Assembly: GCA_032718475.1 (NCBI GenBank)
Contig: JAUCBJ010004753.1
Location: forward strand, 30,778 to 94,777
Origin: Nemertoderma westbladi
Taxonomy: Eukaryota > Animalia > Xenacoelomorpha
Direction: 5' to 3'
DNA length: 64,000 nt
Made by a program: the position numbers and the translations under genes. This document shows positions 45,001 through 55,800 of the stretch, piece by piece. The notes under the pieces were generated by a model. That model ran no database searches, was not told the origin of the DNA, and saw only the letters and a list, made by a program, of their open reading frames with translations. The first letter of the stretch is position 1; each line of letters begins with the position of its first letter.

Positions 45001-48000
45001 TGCTTACCCATCTATTAATCAGTCAGACATAGTGCCGAATCATTCCTCCTTACCCATCTATTAATCAGCCAGACATAGTGCCGAATCATTCCTGCTTACC
45101 CATCTATTAATCAGCCATGCATAGTGCCGAATCATTCCTGCCTCGTCATCTATTAATCAGCCAGACATAGTGCCGAATCATTCCTGCCTCGTCATCTATT
45201 AATCAGCCAGACATAGTGCCGAATCATTCCTGCTTACCCATCTATTAATTAGTCAGACATAGTGCCGAATCATTCCTCCTTACCCATCTATTAATCAGCC
45301 ATGCATAGTGCCGAGTCATTCCTGCTTACCCATCTATTAATCAGCCAGACATAGTGCCGAATCATTCCTGCTTACCCATCTATTAATCAGCCATGCATAG
45401 TGCCGAATCATTCCTGCTTACCCATCTATTAATTAGTCAGACATAGTGCCGAATCATTCCTGCTTACCCATCTATTAATCAGCCAGACATAGTGCCGAGT
45501 CATTCCTGCTTACCCATCTATTAATTAGTCAGACATAGTGCCGAATCATTCCTGCTTACCCATCTATTAATCAGCCCAGACATAGTGCCGAATCATTCCT
45601 GCTTACCCATCTATTAATCAGCCAGACATAGTGCCGAGTCATTCCTGCTTACCCATCTATTAATTAGTCAGACATAGTGCCGAATCATTCCTGCTTACCC
45701 ATCTATTAATCAGCCCAGACATAGTGCCGAATCATTCCTGCTTACCCATCTATTAATCAGCCATGCATAGTGCCGAGTCATTCCTGCTTACCCATCTATT
45801 AATTAGTCAGACATAGTGCCGAATCATTCCTGCTTACCCATCTATTAATTAGTCAGACATAGTGCCGAGTCATTCCTGCCTCGTCATCTATTAATCAGCC
45901 AGACATAGTGCCGAGTCATTCCTGCTTACCCATCTATTAATCAGCCAGACATAGTGCCGAATCATTCCTGCTTACCCATCTATTAATCAGCCAGACATAG
46001 TGCCGAATCATTCCTGCTTACCCATCTATTAATCAGCCATGCATAGTGCCGAGTCATTCCTGCTTACCCATCTATTAATTAGTCAGACATAGTGCCGAAT
46101 CATTCCTGCTTACCCATCTATTAATCAGCCATGCATAGTGCCGAGTCATTCCTGCTTACCCATCTATTAATCAGCCAGACATAGTGCCGAATCATTCCTG
46201 CTTACCCATCTATTAATTAGTCAGACATAGTGCCGAATCATTCCTGCTTACCCATCTATTAATCAGCCATGCATAGTGCCGAGTCATTCCTGCTTACCCA
46301 TCTATTAATTAGTCAGACATAGTGCCGAATCATTCCTCCTTACCCATATATTAATCAGCCAGACATAGTGCCGAATCATTCCTGCTTACCCATCTATTAA
46401 TCAGCCATGCATAGTGCCGAGTCATTCCTGCTTACCCATCTATTAATCAGCCAGACATAGTGCCGAATCATTCCTGCTTACCCATCTATTAATTAGTCAG
46501 ACATAGTTCCGGGTCATTCCTGCTTACCCATCTATTAATCAGCCAGACATAGTGCCGAATCATTCCTGCTTACCCATCTATTAATCAGCCAGACATAGTG
46601 CCGAATCATTCCTGCTTACCCATCTATTAATCAGCCATGCATAGTGCCGAGTCATTCCTGCTTACCCATCTATTAATCAGCCAGACATAGTGCCGAATCA
46701 TTCCTGCTTACCCATCTATTAATTAGTCAGACATAGTGCCGAATCATTCCTGCTTACCCATCTATTAATCAGCCAGACATAGTGCCGAATCATTCCTGCT
46801 TACCCATCTATTAATTAGTCAGACATAGTGCCGAATCATTCCTGCTTACCCATCTATTAATCAGCCAGACATAGTTCCGGGTCATTCCTGCTTACCCATC
46901 TATTAATTAGTCAGACATAGTGCCGAATCATTCCTGCTTACCCATCTATTAATTAGTCAGACATAGTGCCGAATCATTCCTGCTTACCCATCTATTAATC
47001 AGCCAGACATAGTGCCGAATCATTCCTGCTTACCCATCTATTAATTAGTCAGACATAGTGCCGAATCATTCCTGCTTACCCATCTATTAATCAGCCAGAC
47101 ATAGTTCCGGGTCATTCCTGCTTACCCATCTATTAATTAGTCAGACATAGTGCCGAATCATTCCTGCTTACCCATCTATTAATCAGCCAGACATAGTGCC
47201 GAATCATTCCTGCTTACCCATCTATTAATTAGTCAGACATAGTGCCGAATCATTCCTGCTTACCCATCTATTAATCAGCCATGCATAGTGCCGAGTCATT
47301 CCTGCTTACCCATCTATTAATCAGCCCAGACATAGTGCCGAATCATTCCTGCTTACCCATCTATTAATTAGCCAGACATAGTGCCGAATCATTCCTGCTT
47401 ACCCATCTATTAATCAGCCAGACATAGTGCCGAATCATTCCTGCTTACCCATCTATTAATTAGTCAGACATAGTGCCGAATCATTCCTGCTTACCCATCT
47501 ATTAATTAGTCAGACATAGTGCCGAATCATTCCTGCTTACCAATCTATTAATCAGCCATGCATAGTGCCGAGTCATTCCTGCTTACCCATCTATTAATCA
47601 GCCAGACATAGTGCCGAATCATTCCTGCTTACCCATCTATTAATCAGCCAGACATAGTGCCGAGTCATTCCTGCTTACCCATCTATTAATTAGTCAGACA
47701 TAGTGCCGAATCATTCCTGCTTACCCATCTATTAATCAGCCATACATAGTGCCGAGTCATTCCTGCTTACCCATCTATTAATTAGTCAGACATAGTGCCG
47801 AATCATTCCTGCTTACCAATCTATTAATCAGCCATGCATAGTGCCGAGTCATTCCTGCTTACCCATCTATTAATCAGCCCAGACATAGTGCCGAATCATT
47901 CCTGCTTACCCATCTATTAATCAGCCATGCATAGTGCCGAGTCATTCCTGCTTACCCATCTATTAATCAGCCCAGACATAGTGCCGAGTCATTCCTGCTT

Positions 48001-48427
48001 ACCCATCTATTAATTAGTCAGACATAGTGCCGAGTCATTCCTGCTTACCCATCTATTAATTAGTCAGACATAGTGCCGAGTCATTCCTGCTTACCCATCT
48101 ATTAATCAGCCATGCATAGTGCCGAGTCATTCCTGCTTACCCATCTATTAATCAGCCAGACATAGTGCCGAATCATTCCTCCTTACCCATCTATTAATTA
48201 GTCAGACATAGTGCCGAATCATTCCTGCTTACCCATCTATTAATTAGTCAGACATAGTGCCGAATCATTCCTCCTTACCCATCTATTAATTAGTCAGACA
48301 TAGTGCCGAATCATTCCTGCTTACCCATCTATTAATTAGTCAGACATAGTGCCGAATCATTCCTGCTTACCCATCTATTAATTAGTCAGACATAGTGCCG
48401 AGTCATTCCTGCTTACCCATCTATTAA
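1..48427. repeat. 46-bp tandem satellite array, left block (continues beyond window start; ~1,050 monomers)
   Basis: The unit cctgcttacccatctattaatcagccatgcatagtgccgagtcatt (1-46) repeats head-to-tail in one orientation with limited variants. The last satellite bases are ...ctattaa at 48421-48427. Confidence 0.99.
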
Positions 48428-48432
48428 CACTT

Positions 48433-48667
48433 AAAGTGGTAGAAACACATATTTGTGTTTTCAGAATACAATGTTGACTTGGTCATGTATATATTTCGCT
48501 GTTGTATTGACTTGGTAAAAACACAAATATGAGTTTACATTTTTATATCACGAGCTGGTCTAACCATTTTAGAAACTACGTTTCGAGTTGGTATGAACAC
48601 AAATTTGTGTTTTAGTAAGTATTGTCTGACTTGTGAGATGTTTTTTATGAGTTTTATCCCACTTGGT
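48433..48667. repeat. Degenerate 76-bp tandem repeat (3 copies plus start of a 4th), subterminal in the outer element
   Basis: The box TGGTA..AACACA(A/T)AT(T/A)TG(T/A)GTTT starts at 48437, 48513 and 48589 (76-bp spacing). A second GA(C/G)YTG box recurs with its TG at 48480, 48556 and 48632 (76-bp spacing). Confidence 0.85.
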
Positions 48668-48698
48668 CAGCGTTTTTCTAGGATCTTATAATCATTTA

Positions 48699-49601
48699 CA
48701 CCATGTCCTGGAACATAGTGTCGTTATTCAGGTACCTCCCCCCCCCCCCCAAATTTTTTTACAAATCGTAATGAGATTGCATGAAATTTGAAACAGAGAT
48801 AGTTTCACCTCCCGACCACTGAATGAGCCAGAATTTTTATTTTTGCTTTCAATCTTTAGCTACAAGCGTTTAAAAAAAGTGTCTCCAGCGATATTACACC
48901 AGTTACACCGCAGTTATTCTTCAAACATTTAGTGATTTGTTGGTATTAGTGGAAAGCTGACCGTGCAAGGATTCCAGAAATGTAAAAACATGTGAATTTG
49001 GTTGGGAAATAGCTGAGTTATTGGTATTCGAATTTTGCATGTATTAGCTTCCAGTGCAGGCCATTTATTCTATTAATAAATACACAATATTCTAGAACAT
49101 TTTATTTACCTCACTTTAGCTTGACAACAATGCAATGCCTACACGATAATACTAGTATATGGATATTCATACATAATCAAAATGTTCTAGAACATTGTGT
49201 ATTAATTTAATAGAATAAATGGCCTGCAGTGGAAGCTAATACATGCAAAATTCGAATGCCAATAACTCAGCTATTTCCCAACCAAATTCAAATATTTTTA
49301 CATTATTTGGAATCCTTGCACGGTCAGCTTTCCACTAATACCAACAAATCACTAAATGTTTGAAGAATAACTGCGGTGTAACTGGTGCAATATCGACGGA
49401 GACACCTTTTTCAAACGCTTGTAGCTAAAGAATGAAAGCGAAAATAAAAATTCTGGCTCACCCAGCAAGGAGGAGGGAGGTGAAACTATCTCTGTTTCAA
49501 ATTTCATGCAATCTCATTACGATTTGTAAAAAAAATTGGGGGGGGGGGGGGGGGGGGGTTCCAGGTACCTGAATAACGACACTATATTCCAGGACATGGT
49601 G
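48699..49601. mobile_element. 903-bp non-autonomous fold-back element/MITE with ~400-bp inverted arms and TA target duplication (Tc1/mariner-type)
   Basis: Termini read TA|CACCATGTCCTGGAA ... TTCCAGGACATGGTG|TA (TA at 48697-48698 and 49602-49603). Arm 48699-~49103 is the reverse complement of ~49179-49601 with scattered mismatches and small indels, around a ~75-bp spacer. There is no room for a transposase. Confidence 0.9.
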
Positions 49602-49689
49602 TAGATGTGCATGTACAAAAATCTTTCTATTAAAATAAGGAGAAAATTGTTTTTTTTTATTTGTATTGATTTATTATACATTAAATACA

Positions 49690-49756
49690 AGATAAACAGT
49701 TAAACATTTAAGACAGACAGTTAGACAAACAGGTTTAATCAGTTAGATAAACAGTT
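49690..49756. repeat. Short degenerate 12-bp repeat (AGAYARACAGKT x4)
   Basis: agataaacagtt at 49690, agacagacagtt at 49711, agacaaacaggt at 49723, agataaacagtt at 49745. Confidence 0.7.
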
Positions 49757-49812
49757 AATCAGAGTCAGAGTTAATGTGGCTATCATCTGTCCCATAAACT
49801 TTTTTCTTCGAT

Positions 49813-52800
49813 CTGCTTACCCATCTATTAATCAGCCAGACCTAGTGCCGAGTCATTCCTTCTTACCCATCTATTAATTAGTCAGACATAGTTCCGGGTC
49901 ATTCCTGCTTACCCATCTATTAATCAGCCAGACATAGTGCCGAATCATTCCTGCTTACCCATCTATTAATCAGCCAGACATAGTGCCGAGTCATTCCTGC
50001 TTACCCATCTATTAATCAGCCAGACATAGTGCCGAATCATTCCTGCTTACCCATCTATTAATTAGTCAGACATAGTGCCGAATCATTCCTGCCTCGTCAT
50101 CTATTAATCAGCCAGACATAGTGCCGAATCATTCCTGCCTCGTCATCTATTAATTAGTCAGACATAGTGCCGAATCATTCCTGCTTACCCATCTATTAAT
50201 CAGCCAGACATAGTGCCGAATCATTCCTGCTTACCCATCTATTAATCAGCCAGACATAGTGCCGAATCATTCCTGCTTACCCATCTATTAATTAGTCAGA
50301 CATAGTTCCGGGTCATTCCTGCTTACCCATCTATTAATCAGCCAGACATAGTGCCGAGTCATTCCTGCCTCGTCATCTATTAATCAGCCAGACATAGTGC
50401 CGAATCATTCCTGCCTCGTCATCTATTAATTAGTCAGACATAGTGCCGAATCATTCCTGCCTCGTCATCTATTAATCAGCCAGACATAGTGCCGAATCAT
50501 TCCTGCTTACCCATCTATTAATCAGCCCAGACATAGTGCCGAATCATTCCTGCTTACCCATCTATTAATTAGTCAGACATAGTGCCGAATCATTCCTGCT
50601 TACCCATCTATTAATCAGCCAGACATAGTGCCGAATCATTCCTGCTTACCCATCTATTAATTAGTCAGACATAGTTCCGGGTCATTCCTGCTTACCCATC
50701 TATTAATCAGCCAGACATAGTGCCGAGTCATTCCTGCCTCGTCATCTATTAATCAGCCAGACATAGTGCCGAATCATTCCTGCTTACCCATCTATTAATT
50801 AGTCAGACATAGTGCCGAATCATTCCTGCTTACCCATCTATTAATCAGCCAGACATAGTGCCGAATCATTCCTGCTTACCCATCTATTAATTAGTCAGAC
50901 ATAGTGCCGAATCATTCCTGCTTACCCATCTATTAATCAGCCAGACATAGTGCCGAATCATTCCTGCTTACCCATCTATTAATTAGTCAGACATAGTTCC
51001 GGGTCATTCCTGCTTACCCATCTATTAATCAGCCAGACATAGTGCCGAGTCATTCCTGCTTCGTCATCTATTAATCAGCCAGACATAGTGCCGAATCATT
51101 CCTGCTTACCCATCTATTAATTAGTCAGACATAGTGCCGAATCATTCCTGCTTACCCATCTATTAATCAGCCAGACATAGTGCCGAATCATTCCTGCTTA
51201 CCCATCTATTTATCAGCCAGACATAGTGCCGAGTCATTCCTGCTTACCCATCTATTAATCAGCCAGACATAGTACCGAATCATTCCTGCCTCGTCATCTA
51301 TTAATTAGTCAGACATAGTGCCGAATCATTCCTGCCTCGTCATCTATTAATCAGCCAGACATAGTGCCGAATCATTCCTGCTTACCCATCTATTAATCAG
51401 CCCAGACATAGTGCCGAATCATTCCTGCTTACCCATCTATTAATTAGTCAGACATAGTGCCGAATCATTCCTGCTTACCCATCTATTAATCAGCCAGACA
51501 TAGTGCCGAATCATTCCTGCTTACCCATCTATTAATCAGCCAGACATAGTGCCGAGTCATTCCTGCCTCGTCATCTATTAATCAGTCAGACATAGTGCCG
51601 AGTCATTCCTGCTTTCCCATCTATTAATCAGCCAGACATAGTGCCGAGTCATTCCTGCTTACCCATCTATTAATTAGTCAGACATAGTGCCGAGTCATTC
51701 CTGCTTACCCATCTATTAATCAGCCAGACATAGTGCCGAGTCATTCCTGCTTACCCATCTATTAATTAGTCAGACATAGTGCCGAGTCATTCCTGCTTAC
51801 CCATCTATTAATCAGCCCAGACATAGTGCCGAGTCATTCCTGCCTCGTCATCTATTAATCAGTCAGACATAGTGCCGAGTCATTCCTGCTTACCCATCTA
51901 TTAATTAGTCAGACATAGTGCCGAGTCATTCCTGCTTACCCATCTATTAATCAGCCCAGACATAGTGCCGAATCATTCCTGCTTACCCATCTATTAATCA
52001 GCCAGACATAGTGCCGAATCATTCCTGCTTACCCATCTATTAATCAGCCAGACATAGTGCCGAATCATTCCTGCTTACCCATCTATTAATTAGTCAGACA
52101 TAGTGCCGAATCATTCCTGCTTACCCATCTATTAATCAGCCCAGACATAGTGCCGAGTCATTCCTTCTTACCCATCTATTAATTAGTCAGACATAGTGCC
52201 GAATCATTCCTGCTTACCCATCTATTAATTAGTCAGACATAGTGCCGAATCATTCCTGCTTACCCATCTATTAATCAGCCAGACCTAGTGCCGAGTCATT
52301 CCTGCCTACCCATCTATTAATCAGCCAGACATAGTGCCGAATCATTCCTGCTTACCCATCTATTAATTAGTCAGACATAGTGCCGAATCATTCCTGCTTA
52401 CCCATCTATTAATCAGCCCAGACATAGTGCCGAGTCATTCCTGCTTACCCATCTATTAATCAGCCCAGACATAGTGCCGAGTCATTCCTGCTTACCCATC
52501 TATTAATCAGCCAGACATAGTGCCGAATCATTCCTGCTTACCCATCTATTAATTAGTCAGACATAGTGCCGAATCATTCCTGCTTACCCATCTATTAATC
52601 AGCCAGACATAGTGCCGAATCATTCCTGCTTACCCATCTATTAATTAGTCAGACATAGTGCCGAATCATTCCTGCTTACCCATCTATTAATCAGTCAGAC
52701 ATAGTGCCGAATCATTCCTGCTTACCCATCTATTAATTAGTCAGACATAGTGCCGAATCATTCCTGCCTACCCATCTATTAATTAGTCAGACATAGTGCC

Positions 52801-55800
52801 GAATCATTCCTGCTTACCCATCTATTAATTAGTCAGACATAGTGCCGAATCATTCCTGCTTACCCATCTATTAATTAGTCAGACATAGTGCCGAATCATT
52901 CCTGCCTACCCATCTATTAATCAGCCAGACATAGTGCCTTGTCATTCCTGCTTACCCATCTATTAATCAGCCAGACATAGTGCCGAGTCATTCCTGCTTA
53001 CCCATCTATTAATCAGCCAGGCATAGTGCCGAGTCATTCCTGCTTACCCATCTATTAATCAGCCCAGACATAGTGCCGAGTCATTCCTGCTTACCCATCT
53101 ATTAATCAGCCAGACATAGTGCCGAATCATTCCTGCTTACCCATCTATTAATTAGTCAGACATAGTGCCGAATCATTCCTGCCTACCCATCTATTAATCA
53201 GCCAGACATAGTGCCGAATCATTCCTGCTTACCCATCTATTAATTAGTCAGGCATAGTGCCGAGTCATTCCTGCTTACCCATCTATTAATCAGCCCAGAC
53301 ATAGTGCCGAGTCATTCCTGCTTACCCATCTATTAATCAGCCCAGACATAGTGCCGAGTCATTCCTGCTTACCCATCTATTAATCAGCCAGACATAGTGC
53401 CGAATCATTCCTGCTTACCCATCTATTAATTAGTCAGACATAGTGCCGAATCATTCCTGCCTACCCATCTATTAATTAGTCAGACATAGTGCCGAATCAT
53501 TCCTGCCTACCCATCTATTAATTAGTCAGACATAGTGCCGAATCATTCCTGCTTACCCATCTATTAATTAGTCAGACATAGTGCCGAATCATTCCTGCCT
53601 ACCCATCTATTAATCAGCCAGACATAGTGCCTTGTCATTCCTGCTTACCCATCTATTAATCAGCCAGACATAGTGCCGAGTCATTCCTGCTTACCCATCT
53701 ATTAATCAGCCAGGCATAGTGCCGAGTCATTCCTGCTTACCCATCTATTAATCAGCCAGACATAGTGCCGAGTCATTCCTGCTTACCCATCTATTAATCA
53801 GCCAGACATAGTGCCGAATCATTCCTGCTTACCCATCTATTAATTAGTCAGACATAGTGCCGAGTCATTCCTGCTTACCCATCTATTAATCAGCCCAGAC
53901 ATAGTGCCGAGTCATTCCTGCTTACCCATCTATTAATCAGCCAGACATAGTGCCGAATCATTCCTGCTTACCCATCTATTAATTAGTCAGACATAGTGCC
54001 GAATCATTCCTGCTTACCCATCTATTAATTAGTCAGACATAGTGCCGAGTCATTCCTGCTTACCCATCTATTAATTAGTCAGACATAGTGCCGAGTCATT
54101 CCTGCTTACCCATCTATTAATTAGTCAGACATAGTGCCGAGTCATTCCTGCTTACCCATCTATTAATCAGCCAGGCATAGTGCCGAGTCATTCCTGCTTA
54201 CCCATCTATTAATCAGCCCAGACATAGTGCCGAGTCATTCCTGCTTACCCATCTATTAATCAGCCAGACATAGTGCCGAATCATTCCTGCTTACCCATCT
54301 ATTAATTAGTCAGACATAGTGCCGAATCATTCCTGCTTACCCATCTATTAATTAGTCAGACATAGTGCCGAGTCATTCCTGCCTACCCATCTATTAATTA
54401 GCCATGCATAGTGCCGAGTCATTCCTTCTTACCCATCTATTAATCAGCCATGCATAGTGCCGAATCATTCCTGCTTACCCATCTATTAATTAGTCAGACA
54501 TAGTGCCGAATCATTCCTGCTTACCCATCTATTAATCAGCCAGACATAGTGCGAGTCGTTCCTGCTTACCCATCTATTAATTAGTCAGACATAGTGCCGA
54601 ATCATTCCTGCTTACCCATCTATTAATTAGTCAGACATAGTGCCGAATCATTCCTGCTTACCCATCTATTAATTAGTCAGACATAGTGCCGAGTCATTCC
54701 TGCCTACCCATCTATTAATTAGTCAGACATAGTGCCGAATCATTCCTGCCTCGTCATCTATTAATCAGCCAGACATAGTGCCGAGTCATTCCTGCTTACC
54801 CATCTATTAATTAGTCAGACATAGTGCCGAATCATTCCTGCCTCGTCATCTATTAATCAGCCAGACATAGTGCCGAATCATTCCTGCCTACCCATCTATT
54901 AATCAGCCAGACATAGTGCCGAGTCATTCCTGCTTACCCATCTATTAATTAGTCAGACATAGTGCCGAGTCATTCCTGCCTACCCATCTATTAATTAGTC
55001 AGACATAGTGCCGAATCATTCCTGCCTCGTCATCTATTAATCAGCCAGACATAGTGCCGAATCATTCCTGCTTACCCATCTATTAATCAGCCAGACATAG
55101 TGCCGAATCATTCCTGCTTACCCATCTATTAATCAGCCAGACATAGTGCCGAATCATTCCTGCCTCGTCATCTATTAATCAGCCAGACATAGTGCCGAGT
55201 CATTCCTGCTTACCCATCTATTAATTAGTCAGACATAGTTCCGAGTCATTCCTGCTTACCCATCTATTAATCAGCCAGACATAGTGCCGAATCATTCCTG
55301 CTTACCCATCTATTAATCAGCCAGACATAGTGCCGAATCATTCCTGCCTCGTCATCTATTAATCAGCCAGACATAGTGCCGAATCATTCCTGCCTACCCA
55401 TCTATTAATCAGCCATGCATAGTGCCGAATCATTCCTGCTTACCCATCTATTAATTAGCCAGACATAGTGCCGAATCATTCCTGCTTACCCATCTATTAA
55501 TTAGCCAGACATAGTGCCGAGTCATTCCTGCTTACCCATCTATTAATCAGCCAGACATAGTGCCGAATCATTCCTGCTTACCCATCTATTAATCAGCCAG
55601 ACATAGTGCCGAATCATTCCTGCTTACCCATCTATTAATCAGCCAGACATAGTGCCGAATCATTCCTGCTTACCCATCTATTAATTAGTCAGACATAGTG
55701 CCGAATCATTCCTGCTTACCCATCTATTAATTAGTCAGACATAGTGCCGAATCATTCCTGCTTACCCATCTATTAATCAGCCAGACATAGTGCCGAATCA

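Larger units (their letters stand above)
48428..49812. mobile_element. 1,385-bp composite insertion in the satellite; outer part is a probable truncated DNA-transposon end (piggyBac-like, TTAA target)
   Basis: Non-satellite sequence begins immediately after the satellite TTAA (48424-48427) with CACTTAAAGTGG, followed by subterminal repeats. No inverted copy of this terminus is present at the right junction. The family assignment is inference from the TTAA|CAC terminus only. Confidence 0.55.

Noticed and set aside
1-48427. Regular fixed-period higher-order repeat (alpha-satellite style)
   Set aside because: Marker offsets vary (6, 10, 26, 105, 145-151 units), which indicates irregular duplications rather than one period.
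48428-49812. LINE/SINE or Helitron identity for the insertion
   Set aside because: There is no poly(A)/poly(T) or simple-repeat tail at either junction, no pol III boxes were recognised, and there are no TC...CTRR termini at an AT target.
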